Assembly (NCBI GenBank): GCA_965208835.1
Contig: OZ242358.1
Span: 544,001-608,000, forward strand
Origin: Candidatus Latescibacterota bacterium
GTDB taxonomy: Bacteria > Latescibacterota > UBA2968 > GCA-2709665
Length of the DNA: 64,000 bases
Reading direction: 5' to 3'
Shown here: piece by piece, positions 19,364-29,255 of the stretch
Layout: every line of letters starts with the position of its first letter
Numbering within the stretch: the first letter of the stretch is position 1
The notes under the pieces: generated by a model
The model's input: the letters and a program-made list of their open reading frames with translations, nothing else
What the model was told of the DNA's origin: nothing
Database searches by the model: none
Translations under genes and position numbers: made by a program

Positions 19364-19493
19364 AGGCGGTGAGACGGTAGACGTAAGAGGTTAGAGATCA
19401 CCCGCCTCGTTGGGTTTCAATTCATGCCGGAGGCATAGGGGAGAAGAAAATCGGCAAAGATCTCTTCTCCCGTCTCCCCTCTCCCGTCTACCC
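19363..19493. repeat. ~130-bp intergenic repeat family D, copy 2
   Basis: Aligns with 1614-1735; arms GGTAGACG / CGTCTACC are complementary. Confidence 0.7.
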
Positions 19494-19583
19494 ACTTTTA
19501 GGCTTTTCGCCGCCCGTCTCCCGGCTTACGTCTTCCCGGATCAATGCTTTATCGCATCAGCAGTCGACGTTGGTTATTTCGAA

Positions 19584-20453
19584 ATGACATCCATACAGAC
19601 CGCGATATCAGGAATCAAAGCGACCGTGGGCGTGTCGGCCCGGCACCTGGAATCCGGCAGGGAGATTCGACACAACGCGGACGACGTGTTTTTCACCGCG
19701 AGTACGCTGAAGGTCCCCGTACTCGTGGAACTCTACCGGCAGGTGGACCTCGGCATTATCGACCTGAACCGGCGCGTCGAGCTCACCGACAGCCTTCGCG
19801 TGCCCGGCTCGGGCATCCTCAAGGAAATGACAGCGGGTATCAACCCCACGGTGCATGATCTGGCCATGCTGATGATTATCATCAGCGACAACACCGCGAC
19901 GGATATTCTCTACGATCTGGTTGGCAGCGACAATCTCGACAACACGATGCGGGAACTCGGACTCCATCAGACCCGCATCCCGATGACGGTCAGGCAACTG
20001 CTCTTCAGCGTCGTCGGTCTCGACCCGGAGAATGCCGACCACACCTGCGACCTCTGCGCCCAGCGGCTGTTCAATGAGGAATACGTCTACGCCGGAGCGG
20101 GTTACGATCCCGACCGGTCCGACGTTTCCTCTCCGGCCGATATGTGCAGACTCCTCGAACTGCTTTATTCGGGTGATATCCTGTCGTCCGCGTCCCGCAA
20201 GGGCGCACTGGACATCCTGAAGCGCCAGCAACTCAGGACCGTGATCCCGTACGCGCTGCCCGTAGGGACCACGGTTGCTCACAAGACGGGTTTCTATCTG
20301 GGCGTGCGCGCAGACGCGGGCATCGTCTATTCGCCCACCGGCCCGTATACCATCGCCATCATGGCCAAACACGTCACGTGCCGTGACCGGATGGCATTCG
20401 ACCTCAGCCTCGCGGCGCTTTCGCGAGCCGTCTACGACGCGCTGGTCGAATAA
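19584..20453 (+). CDS. Serine hydrolase, class A beta-lactamase-like fold
   Basis: ASTLK (SxxK), SDN, HKTG motifs. Start at ATG 19584; no signal peptide. Confidence 0.85.
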   Translation: MTSIQTAISGIKATVGVSARHLESGREIRHNADDVFFTASTLKVPVLVELYRQVDLGIIDLNRRVELTDSLRVPGSGILKEMTAGINPTVHDLAMLMIIISDNTATDILYDLVGSDNLDNTMRELGLHQTRIPMTVRQLLFSVVGLDPENADHTCDLCAQRLFNEEYVYAGAGYDPDRSDVSSPADMCRLLELLYSGDILSSASRKGALDILKRQQLRTVIPYALPVGTTVAHKTGFYLGVRADAGIVYSPTGPYTIAIMAKHVTCRDRMAFDLSLAALSRAVYDALVE

Positions 20454-20486
20454 AAGCCTGATGGGACTACGGAGGAGAGACGCGAA

Positions 20487-21218
20487 TTGGAAAAGGCCGT
20501 TGAAACCAATCTCGACGCACTCCGGAACTCGCGATATCCGGGACGGGGCATCGTCATCGGCCGGACGCCCGACGCCAGACACTTCGTCCAGGTCTACTGG
20601 ATCATGGGCAGGAGTGCCGGGAGCCGGAACCGGGTCTTCGTCGCCGATAACGAGACGGTCAGGACCCGGGCATTCGACGAGTCCGTGCTGGAAAGCCCGA
20701 GCCTCGTCGTCTATCGTCCGATCCGAGTCCTGAACGCCTGTCACATCGTTTCCAACGGCGACCATACGGACACCATTTGCGACGCGATAAAGGACGGCGG
20801 CTCCTTCGAATCGGCCCTGAACACGCGCACATTCGAACCCGATCCTCCCATCTTCACGCCGCGTATCGCCGGCATCGTGGACCTGGACGATTCCGGGGCC
20901 GCCTACAGGATCGGCATTCTGAAAGCCCTTGCCGGGAACGGCGAATCCGCGTCCAGACAGTACTTCAGCTACGAAACGGCCGTACCCGGAATCGGCCATT
21001 GCATCACGACATACACGGACGACGGAGATCCCCCGCCGGCATTCTTCGGCGAACCGTATGCCGTCGAGCTGCATGACGGAATCGAAACGACCCGCGATTT
21101 TTACTGGAATCTGCTTGACGAAGCGAACCGGGTATCCCTGCTCGTCAAGTTTATCGATGTGGCGTCGGGAGACACCAACCTCAGAATCGTCAACAAGCAT
21201 CGCAAGCGGAAATGCTGA
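20487..21218 (+). CDS. IMP cyclohydrolase-like protein (PurO/Ntn-hydrolase type)
   Basis: YPGRGIVIG, YWIMGRSAGSRNR, IVSNGDHTD, FEPDPPIFTPRIAG. Confidence 0.85.
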   Translation: MEKAVETNLDALRNSRYPGRGIVIGRTPDARHFVQVYWIMGRSAGSRNRVFVADNETVRTRAFDESVLESPSLVVYRPIRVLNACHIVSNGDHTDTICDAIKDGGSFESALNTRTFEPDPPIFTPRIAGIVDLDDSGAAYRIGILKALAGNGESASRQYFSYETAVPGIGHCITTYTDDGDPPPAFFGEPYAVELHDGIETTRDFYWNLLDEANRVSLLVKFIDVASGDTNLRIVNKHRKRKC

Positions 21219-21916
21219 ATACCCTCAAACAATTCTGGCCCGCGATCGTCTGCGCCATCGTCGCCCTGGTGTTCTGGGACACGCCCTACGTCAAACCGTT
21301 CCGGGTCTTCATGGTGCTCATCCACGAAATGGGCCACGCGGCGGCCACCCTGGCGACGGGAGGCGAAGTCCTTGAAGTCCGCATCAACTGGGACGAATCC
21401 GGCCACGCGCAGAGCCGGGGTGGTATCTTTCCGATCATCGCCTCTGCGGGATACGTGGGATCTGCTTTTCTTGGCGCTTTTTTCATCTACGTCAGTTCCT
21501 GGCCGCTGCTGCAGCGGATTCTGCTTGCCGGAATCGGCTTCCTCTCTATAGGGATGGCGGTGCGTTATACCCCGTTCGGCAGCATCGATTTCCTGTTTGG
21601 ACTCGCGAGCGGCTTCATGCTTCTGGTGCCCGCGGTCCTGCTCCCCAGAGTTGCGCGGTGGGTGGCCACGTGGGTCGGCGTGATGCTCTGTCTCTATAGC
21701 CTCTACGACTTCCGGACCGACCTCTGGCAATATGCCGAACGCACCGACGCCGGCATTCTCGCCCGGCACTGGGATGCGCCGGTCCTGGCCTATCCGATCG
21801 CCCTGGTCTGGGCGCTGATCTCCATCTACGCGATGTATCGATCCATGAAGTCGGTCGTGCGGAGGGGCCGGATCCGGGACGCGCGCGACAACGCGGTTTC
21901 CGAGGGCGAGGTATGA
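21212..21916 (+). CDS. M50B-like membrane metallopeptidase
   Basis: HEMGH (HExxH), SAGY, TDAGILA, several TM helices. Confidence 0.85.
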   Translation: MLNTLKQFWPAIVCAIVALVFWDTPYVKPFRVFMVLIHEMGHAAATLATGGEVLEVRINWDESGHAQSRGGIFPIIASAGYVGSAFLGAFFIYVSSWPLLQRILLAGIGFLSIGMAVRYTPFGSIDFLFGLASGFMLLVPAVLLPRVARWVATWVGVMLCLYSLYDFRTDLWQYAERTDAGILARHWDAPVLAYPIALVWALISIYAMYRSMKSVVRRGRIRDARDNAVSEGEV

Positions 21917-22006
21917 GCTGAGGTCTCCCTGGCCCGCGGCGCGTGCGAAAGACCTGCCGGAAGGTCGCGCCGGTTCGGTTCATCACAATACTCGAGGTTG
22001 CCCGAA

Positions 22007-22768
22007 ATGCATACCAGTCAGGTACTTTCCGCCCGGGATTTCGAATATCGGCAACGGGACGGGTACGGTTTTCAGCGCGTGCCCTTCGAATCCTTCTGTC
22101 CCGATTACAATGAGTCGGACCGCACGGGCATCGTCTCCCCGTTTCTGGAAGACGGCATCATCCACACCTCGCATGCGATTCTGGCTCTGACCACGGCCTT
22201 TTACGACGCATGGCGCGCCCGGACGGACGACTTCTTCATCTATCCCCATCACTTCGCCATTCTCGACATTTCGGCGGAAGGGGTCAATTCGGGAAGCGGA
22301 CGCCTTCGCCTGGACAGGGATCGTCTGGGGTGGCCGTGGGGCAACCTGGACGTGTGGCCGGACTCCCAGTGGGTTCCGTCCGACGGCAGCGTGTACGGTG
22401 CGCTCAAGAGCGCTTTCGATCTCCATATCAACCGCCTGTTCTGGCCCGAGTCGTTTGTCCCCGGCGAAGGTGAAGACAAGCTGCCCGAGTACGCGCTCAA
22501 GATCATGCGGACCCGCCTCAAAGCGGTGTTCTATTACCGAACGATCGAGCCCAATATCGAGATTCGCGGCAATTCGAATGCGGATCAGGTCGCGAAGCAA
22601 AGCGTATGGCGGCTTTCTCAACTCGAGGGTCTGTCGGCGGAGCATCTGCCCGTGTCGGACGATGAGAATGAATCACGAACCGGCCATTTTTGCGTGGAAC
22701 GGTATCGCAGGGTCAACCCGGAGCAGTTTCTGGAAGACGTGGGCGTCTGCTTCGCAGGTCGTGGGTAA
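22007..22768 (+). CDS. Hypothetical protein
   Basis: ~253-aa ORF with protein-like composition in a co-directional run; family not recognised. Confidence 0.6.
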   Translation: MHTSQVLSARDFEYRQRDGYGFQRVPFESFCPDYNESDRTGIVSPFLEDGIIHTSHAILALTTAFYDAWRARTDDFFIYPHHFAILDISAEGVNSGSGRLRLDRDRLGWPWGNLDVWPDSQWVPSDGSVYGALKSAFDLHINRLFWPESFVPGEGEDKLPEYALKIMRTRLKAVFYYRTIEPNIEIRGNSNADQVAKQSVWRLSQLEGLSAEHLPVSDDENESRTGHFCVERYRRVNPEQFLEDVGVCFAGRG

Positions 22769-22812
22769 GAGGCGCCCGGACAGAAGAGACGAATTGATTT
22801 ACGAGGTGCCCG

Positions 22813-24168
22813 ATGCGAGACACACGAGGCTCACATCGGCGACCGGGGAGCGACGGTCCCGACCATCCCGTGCGCGTGGGTCTGATCGGCGCCGGGAAAT
22901 TCGGAACGATGTTTCTGGCCCAGGCCCGCCGGATTCCAGGTCTTCATGTACTGGGTGTGGCCGATCTTTCCATTGATCGTGCGCGTGACGCGCTTGCGCG
23001 CGCAGAGTGGCCCCCTTCCCAATTCGCCGCAACGGACTTCGACAACGCACTCAAGTCCGGAGGCACTCACGTCACGGACGACGCCGATTCTCTCGTCGGC
23101 GCCGGGGGCCTGGACGTTCTGGTCGAAGCCACAGGCAATCCGCTCGCCGGCATCCGCTATGCCCTGAACGCCATCCGGGAAGGCCGCCACCTGGTCATGG
23201 TCAACGTCGAAGCCGACGTTCTCGCGGGTCCCGTACTGGCGCAGCGGGCAAAGACCGCCGGCCTCGTCTACTCGCTTGCCTATGGCGACCAGCCCGCCCT
23301 GATCTGCGAACTCGTGGACTGGGCGCGTACCAACGGATTCGAAGTGGTCTGCGCGGGAAAGGGTACGAAACACCGGCCCGTGTATCACGCATCCACGCCC
23401 GATACGGTGTGGGACCACTACGGAATCGATGCGGAAACAGCGTCGCGCGGCGGGATGAACCCGAGAATGTTCAATTCCTTTCTGGACGGCACGAAATCGG
23501 CCATTGAGATGGCCGCCGTCTCGAACGCCACGGGACTCGAACCGCAGCCGGAGGGTCTGAACTTCCCGCCCTGCGGCTTCGACCGGCTCCCGGACGTCTG
23601 CCGGCCCCGGGACGAGGGCGGCGGGCTCTCTCATAAGGGAACGGTCGAGGTCGTCTCCTGCGTGTATCCGGACGGCTCGCCCGTGGACCGGCACCTGCGA
23701 TGGGGCGTGTACGTCACCATTGAAGGGTCGGGAGACTATATCCGGCGCTGTTTCACGGAATACGGGCTGCCCACGGACGCTACCGGACGGTACACCGCCG
23801 TCTACCGCCCCTATCACCTTGTGGGCATGGAACTTGCCACCAGCGTGATGCGTGCCGGGACTCACGGCGAAGCGACCGGCACTCCACGTGCGTTTGTCGC
23901 GGACGTCGCCGCCACCGCCAAGCGGGACCTCGCCGCGGGGGAGACCCTCGATGGAGAGGGCGGGTACCGTGTTTACGGGAAACTCATGCCGGCTGCAAGT
24001 GCTGTCAGGGACGGAATCCTGCCTGTCGGCCTGGCTCACCAACTCAGGCTGAAACGCCGAATTGCCGCCGGCCGGCAGATCCATAGGACCGACGTGGAAC
24101 TCGACGAAGACAGCGACGTTCTCCGCATCCGAAAAGAAATGGAACGAACGCTTTCGGATGTGGCGTGA
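22813..24168 (+). CDS. NAD(P)-dependent oxidoreductase with C-terminal SAF domain (homoserine dehydrogenase-like)
   Basis: GLIGAGKFG, MVNVEAD, GDQPA, DGTKSAIEM, AKRDLAAGETLDGEGGY. Confidence 0.88.
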   Translation: MRDTRGSHRRPGSDGPDHPVRVGLIGAGKFGTMFLAQARRIPGLHVLGVADLSIDRARDALARAEWPPSQFAATDFDNALKSGGTHVTDDADSLVGAGGLDVLVEATGNPLAGIRYALNAIREGRHLVMVNVEADVLAGPVLAQRAKTAGLVYSLAYGDQPALICELVDWARTNGFEVVCAGKGTKHRPVYHASTPDTVWDHYGIDAETASRGGMNPRMFNSFLDGTKSAIEMAAVSNATGLEPQPEGLNFPPCGFDRLPDVCRPRDEGGGLSHKGTVEVVSCVYPDGSPVDRHLRWGVYVTIEGSGDYIRRCFTEYGLPTDATGRYTAVYRPYHLVGMELATSVMRAGTHGEATGTPRAFVADVAATAKRDLAAGETLDGEGGYRVYGKLMPAASAVRDGILPVGLAHQLRLKRRIAAGRQIHRTDVELDEDSDVLRIRKEMERTLSDVA

Positions 24169-24234
24169 TGCCGTTGCCGATTTTCGGACATTCGGGAAGT
24201 CGATTTTGCGTCGCATAACGAGGAGACACCGCCA

Positions 24235-26094
24235 ATGCACGCATCTCAGGATCTCGGCAACGGGTTCCGCCACCACGGCGTCGCGACAGACATCGCCAAC
24301 AGCCGCGGGCTCGTCGCCACCGTGGACGGGCAGGGCCGGAACGTGGTCCTGTTCTGGTTGTACGATCGCAGGGGCTGCTACGGCCTTCTGCTGATCGACG
24401 CGGAGACCGGCGCCAGCGAACAGTTCCCCCTTCCTTTTCCTCCGGGCGATGACTTCAACGCGTGTCCGTTTTCGTCAATTCTCACCAGCGGCAACCTTTT
24501 CTGCACCCATTTTCACAGCCACTTCCTGGCCTTCGACGCCGTCGAACGGGCGTTTACGGTCTGCCACGAGACCGTGCCGCAGATGGCCATGGGCATGACC
24601 GAAGACGATGACGGCCGCATCTGGGCGGCTACCCACCCGGATAGCGGCGTTACGTGTTACGATCCCCGTACCGATGCCTTCAGGGACTACGGCCACGTCT
24701 ACAAGCAGAACTGGCGGCAATATCCGCGTTCGGTTGCGGCCGACGATGCGGGATGGATCTATTTCGGTATCGGCAGCACTGCCAGCCAGATTATCTGCCT
24801 GGAGCCGAACTCGGGGGCCGTGGAGCCCGTGTTGTCAGACGACGAACGCGTCCACGGTAGCGGCCACGTCTATCGCGACCTCAACGGGAAGGTCTACGGA
24901 CATAGCGGGGACAACGCCACAGGCTGGCTCGAACTCTACAAAGGCGCGCGAAGGCCGGTCGGGACGACCGAGCGACAGAACGAAAAACCGGTCGTAACAG
25001 GCAGCCAGGGACTCTTCCACCGGAACTTCCCGGACGGAAAACGCATCGTGGCCTGCGATCTGGAGGCGCGTACGCTATCGGTTGAAGATCCCGATTCCGA
25101 TGAAATCCATGAAGTCGATTTCGATTACACGACCGAAGGCGCCCACGTGATGGGCCTCGCCGCGGCGCCCGACGAAACCATCTGCGGGGGCACCACGTTT
25201 CCCGCTCGTTTCTTCTGCTACAATCCCGATTCGGACAGCTGGATCAACCGTCCCAACCTTGGCCAGTGGAACACGGTCGCCAGGCAGACGGACCGTTTTT
25301 TTGCCGGCGGTTATACCGGGGGTTTTCTTCTGGAATGGGATCCCGCCGGCACGTGGGTGCCTACGAAAAAGGAAAACCCCGGTTCCAATCCGCGTTTCCT
25401 GACCGAATGCAAACCCGCCATCAACCGGCCGCATACGCTGCTTGCCCATCCCGATGGGAAGACGGTCATCCTGGCGGGCACGCCGGACTACGGCCGCACG
25501 GGCGGCGGAATGCTGTTCTGGGACCGGGAAACCGGGTCGCGCGAACTGCTCGAACACACCGATATTCTCCCCGATCACAGCACGATGAGCCTGGTCGCCC
25601 TTACGGACGGCAACCTCCTGGGCGGCTCCACCACCAATCCGGGAACCGGCGGCGAGCAAAAGGCGGAAGAAGCCGAACTCTACCTGATGGAACTGGAAAC
25701 CCGGCGGGTCCTGTGGCGTGAGGCCGTTTTCCCCGGCGCGCAATCGTACACGGATCTCTGTTTCGCTCGGGACGGACTCGTCTATGGGGTTGTAGACCAG
25801 GAACGATTCTTTGCGTTCGATCCCGATTCCAGGGAGGTCATTCGTAGCGAACGTACGACGGAGTGCTACGGGCTGACGGCCAGACAGCAGGGCCCACGCG
25901 TCTTCGTGACCACGCCGGCAGGCAGCGTCTACATGCTCTTCGTCAGGGGAATCGTCCGCGTCAACCCGTCAGACCACAGCCTCACCATACTGGCCGCGTC
26001 TCCGGTACCTGTCAGTTTCGGAGGGGATTGGCTGAACGGACGCATCTACTTCGGAAGCGGCTCCCACGTCTACAGCTACGGGGATTGCGAGTAG
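24235..26094 (+). CDS. Beta-propeller repeat protein of unknown function
   Basis: Repeated beta-strand/DGxxY-type blades (DDDGRIWAAT, DDAGWIYFG, DGLVYGV). Confidence 0.7.
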   Translation: MHASQDLGNGFRHHGVATDIANSRGLVATVDGQGRNVVLFWLYDRRGCYGLLLIDAETGASEQFPLPFPPGDDFNACPFSSILTSGNLFCTHFHSHFLAFDAVERAFTVCHETVPQMAMGMTEDDDGRIWAATHPDSGVTCYDPRTDAFRDYGHVYKQNWRQYPRSVAADDAGWIYFGIGSTASQIICLEPNSGAVEPVLSDDERVHGSGHVYRDLNGKVYGHSGDNATGWLELYKGARRPVGTTERQNEKPVVTGSQGLFHRNFPDGKRIVACDLEARTLSVEDPDSDEIHEVDFDYTTEGAHVMGLAAAPDETICGGTTFPARFFCYNPDSDSWINRPNLGQWNTVARQTDRFFAGGYTGGFLLEWDPAGTWVPTKKENPGSNPRFLTECKPAINRPHTLLAHPDGKTVILAGTPDYGRTGGGMLFWDRETGSRELLEHTDILPDHSTMSLVALTDGNLLGGSTTNPGTGGEQKAEEAELYLMELETRRVLWREAVFPGAQSYTDLCFARDGLVYGVVDQERFFAFDPDSREVIRSERTTECYGLTARQQGPRVFVTTPAGSVYMLFVRGIVRVNPSDHSLTILAASPVPVSFGGDWLNGRIYFGSGSHVYSYGDCE

Positions 26095-26104
26095 GTGAGG
26101 AAGG

Positions 26105-26743
26105 CTAGAATTCGTACTCCCGATCCCTGATCCGAAATCCAAGAAGCGACGCGCGTCCCTCCTGGTCGATCTGCACGAGCGCGGCGAAATCCCCGGGATG
26201 CTTCCGGATATCTTCGATGATCCGCTCGCGTTTCCGCTCCGGAACGTCGCAGTAGGAGATACCGAAGTCCACGAATTCCTGCCATATAGACGCCCACGCG
26301 ACGGCTTCGTCCTTTCCCAGGGCTCCAAACGGTTTTTCCTCGTGTCCGGTCGCCACCGAATCCGCCTTCCACTCGCCCGTCGACTTCTTCCGCAGCAGTA
26401 CGTGAATGGGCATATGACGGCGGGCCGCTTTGCCACGGATCAATGCGTTCCCCGCCGATAGCTCTTGCGGCTTTTCCCTGGATGTTTTTTGGACGGTCCA
26501 CGTGGAATCCAACTGCATGCTCAGCGAAACGTAGACCGTTTCTCCCCTCTTTTGACGGACCTTGAGCCGCGCGACGTCATAGTCCAATAGGATACCCGAC
26601 CCTCGCATCACATCCCGAAGATTCGTTACCTTCGCGGAGAGCCATATCTTTCTTCCCGACTCTTCCCGGCCCAGGGGCAACGCGGCCAGGATGCCGATCT
26701 GCACGAGCAGCGCGGCGGCAAACCAGACGTATCTTTTAGCCAT
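26105..26743 (-). CDS. GDYXXLXY-family membrane-anchored protein
   Basis: N-terminal TM; RDVMRGSGILLDY is a degenerate GDYxxLxY; GETVYVSL; FGISY. Coupled to a DUF2157 gene. Confidence 0.7.
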   Translation of the reverse strand: MAKRYVWFAAALLVQIGILAALPLGREESGRKIWLSAKVTNLRDVMRGSGILLDYDVARLKVRQKRGETVYVSLSMQLDSTWTVQKTSREKPQELSAGNALIRGKAARRHMPIHVLLRKKSTGEWKADSVATGHEEKPFGALGKDEAVAWASIWQEFVDFGISYCDVPERKRERIIEDIRKHPGDFAALVQIDQEGRASLLGFRIRDREYEF

Positions 26744-28070
26744 TTTCCGCGCCCCCCTGTTTGAGATGCCGCTCGAACCGGATCCCTCCCAGAATCACCC
26801 CGATACCACAGACGATGAAGACGAATGACTTGAGAAGCAGATTGGTATCCCACTGAATAAAGTTCTGAAAGATGACCCATGCCAGAAGCAGCAGACCCGT
26901 CCAGAAGGATATCCTGCGATGGACCTTGACTGCCGTATAGAGCAGGCTGATCCCGATTGCGGCGACGGCCAGGTGAGCTGCGAGAGTAAATCCGACGGGC
27001 TGCATCGTCAACGTGCCACAAGCCAGCAGGACGCCGGCAAGAAGGACCGCTTTCGAGCGGTGTCTCAGGTCGCTCCTCTCAGGAGGCTTCCGAATCACCG
27101 ATATCCAGACCACAACGGCGGCCACACAAACCAGCCCGAACGGTACTGTCCACAAAAACCCGGTCGACTGCCACGGGCGTTCTATAAGTTCCGTCGCGAC
27201 TTCCCGAAACGACATCATGTAAGCCAGCAGCAGAGTCCCGGCCATTCCGACAGTTCTTGCAATGACCCCCATGAGCCGTGCCGGTTCGGTCCTTTCCAGC
27301 CGGAGACCCAGGCCGTAGAGCAGCGCGGCGATTACCGAAACTGCCAGAACGGCCGGCCAGGCTTCGCCGCTGTCGATGGCCGCGCAAACCGGAATTGCCG
27401 CCCCTGCCGTCAGGATAATACCGGCGAACGCCGAATTGCTGTAACGCTTCAGAAACGGAAGACCCGCGGCCCCGATCACCAGAGGATACCAGCAGAATGA
27501 GTGCGGGTTCCCCTCGGCATGGCCGACGAACCAGACAAGGCTTGTGACGCACGTCAGTAACATGCAGGGCCCGCTCATCGTCGCATAGGCGATGACCCCC
27601 GTACCGAGCGCCCAGATCCCGAATGCCCCGTACGGGTCTCCATGCAGATTGAACATCTGCGCGATCAATACGACGTTTGCGCCAAAGACCAGCCCGCCCA
27701 GCACGACGAGGGCCTCCCCCAGTTTTTTTCGGGTCCCGGATATCTTCCAAAGGTAGAACCCCGCGACCTCGAATGCGAGCAGCGTACTGAACAGGAGCGC
27801 CATTCTCAGGGGCACGGGGATCTCTTCCCATCTTGACGCCACGAAGCTGATCGCGCCGCCGCCGATCAGACAGGCGCCGATCAGATAGAGGGCCTGGACG
27901 ACCAGGCCGCCGGATTTCTGCGTCTCTTCGTTCAGCCGATATCGGTTTGAAATCGCGGCAGACTGATCGGAATCGACAACGCCTTCGTTCACCCAATCGT
28001 CGAGTTCCCGTCGAAGGGTCGTCCTGAAGGCCGGGGACACGCGCTCGCTGCCCGAATCTCTATCACCCAT
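26736..28070 (-). CDS. DUF2157-domain integral membrane protein
   Basis: LRRELDDWVNEGVV, FVASRWEEIP, GANVVLIAQMFN, many TM helices. Start at ATG 28070. Confidence 0.85.
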   Translation of the reverse strand: MGDRDSGSERVSPAFRTTLRRELDDWVNEGVVDSDQSAAISNRYRLNEETQKSGGLVVQALYLIGACLIGGGAISFVASRWEEIPVPLRMALLFSTLLAFEVAGFYLWKISGTRKKLGEALVVLGGLVFGANVVLIAQMFNLHGDPYGAFGIWALGTGVIAYATMSGPCMLLTCVTSLVWFVGHAEGNPHSFCWYPLVIGAAGLPFLKRYSNSAFAGIILTAGAAIPVCAAIDSGEAWPAVLAVSVIAALLYGLGLRLERTEPARLMGVIARTVGMAGTLLLAYMMSFREVATELIERPWQSTGFLWTVPFGLVCVAAVVVWISVIRKPPERSDLRHRSKAVLLAGVLLACGTLTMQPVGFTLAAHLAVAAIGISLLYTAVKVHRRISFWTGLLLLAWVIFQNFIQWDTNLLLKSFVFIVCGIGVILGGIRFERHLKQGGAENG

Positions 28071-28210
28071 CGCTGCCCTTTCCTTTGCAATTGCCTTTTG
28101 TGATTTGGCGCTGGAAGACACGAAAAAGTGCGAGGGCATGAACATGAGCCCGTCGAAAGAACCCAAGCTTGCTCAGGTGACTCGGAACCACGAGTACCCA
28201 ACGAAAAATC

Positions 28211-28871
28211 CTGTCCAAAAACGGGTATGAGTCACTACGAAAGTCGCGAAAATACGCGAAACGCATGGCTGGCAAAATCGTCTACAGTCATTGGCGAAAC
28301 GAGTCGGTCCTGCCATTCCGAAGACTTTCATCCCGAGGAGGCCGACAGGCGTTCGATGTGTCCGCGCACAAGTCCATCTACAAACGGCATGTAGTACACG
28401 TATAATCGAGAATACGGGAGATTCTTCGCTGCGCTGTGGTCGACGTGCCTTGCGATGACTATTCGAGAAACGCTGTACCGACATCTTTGCGTATACGGTC
28501 ATCCTGAGGAAGCCAGCGCGCTCAGAATGACATGATTTTCGATCGTAGTGCACGTGGCTTCCAGCTGTCATCCAGAGGACTTGCCCTGAGCTTGTCGAAG
28601 GGTGCCCCCCCGGCCGACGAAGGATCTACTGCAGCATCGGATCATTCTCGTGCGATTTGCACCCGTCGATACCTGAGAGGCAGCACGTCCGCCTGCAGCG
28701 CGGGACGGAAGCGGCAAAAAGTCTTTCGACTCCGCTCAGAATGAAATGCGTTACAACAAACCCGAACCGATGACAACCTGGTTTTCGTTATCCGGGTCAG
28801 GCCCGTGCAAAATCGCCAATTGAAGCCGCTCTTCGAACCTCATCTATGAGAATTTCACGGTTCTTGGACAG
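28211..28871. repeat. Cluster of palindromic REP-like units (GTCATCCTGAG/CTCAGAATGAC and CCTGAGCTTGTCGAAGG types) inside weak terminal IRs
   Basis: GTCATCCTGAG...CTCAGAATGAC hairpin near 28498-28531; GAGATTCTTCGCTGCGCT; GACGAAGGATCT; ends CTGTCCAAAAAC / GTTCTTGGACAG. Confidence 0.55.
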
Positions 28872-28883
28872 CAGTGCCCTGCG

Positions 28884-28919
28884 AAAAAACAAATCGGCGG
28901 TATTGAGTCAAACCGCCGA
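28884..28919 (-). terminator. Intrinsic terminator after DUF2442 gene
   Basis: TCGGCGGT / ACCGCCGA stem, followed on the minus strand by TTTGTTTTTT. Confidence 0.55.
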
Positions 28920-28969
28920 AACGCCGGGTGCATTTATTTTACTAATGATGGAAGGCTGAAACGACCGGC

Positions 28970-29215
28970 TCAGGCCGTAACCTTGACAATGTCATACAGG
29001 AATTCAGGCGCAAAATCCGCTTCATTATCCCACGTTAACGTATGGAAGTCAGGGTGGATTCGAAATCTCCTGAAATACTCCCTGTTCTTCAGCGGCGCAA
29101 AAACCGGGCCCCACAATTCATCCTTCAAATCTACTTCCCCTTCCACGCCATCGTTGAATCTGATCCAGATCGTATAATCGCCTGCATAACGGGCTTCAAG
29201 TACACGGGGTATCAT
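28970..29215 (-). CDS. DUF2442-family protein (putative antitoxin)
   Basis: YTIWIRFNDGVEGEVDL..L.GPVFAPLK...F..F....TLTWDNEADFAPEFLY signature. Confidence 0.85.
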   Translation of the reverse strand: MIPRVLEARYAGDYTIWIRFNDGVEGEVDLKDELWGPVFAPLKNREYFRRFRIHPDFHTLTWDNEADFAPEFLYDIVKVTA

Positions 29216-29219
29216 TTTT

Positions 29220-29255
29220 TCACTCCAGTCCAGGAAACCGACTGATCTCCGGCAT
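29220..29255 (-). pseudogene. Internally deleted DUF4160-type partner gene (MPEISRFPGLE*)
   Basis: ATG CCG GAG ATC AGT CGG TTT (MPEISRF, the usual DUF4160 start) joined to ...LE TGA, ending 4 nt before the DUF2442 ATG. Confidence 0.65.

Noticed and set aside
19584-20453. True class A beta-lactamase resistance gene
   Set aside because: It has SxxK/SDN/KTG but no signal peptide and no recognisable omega-loop E166 motif; more likely a cytoplasmic serine hydrolase.
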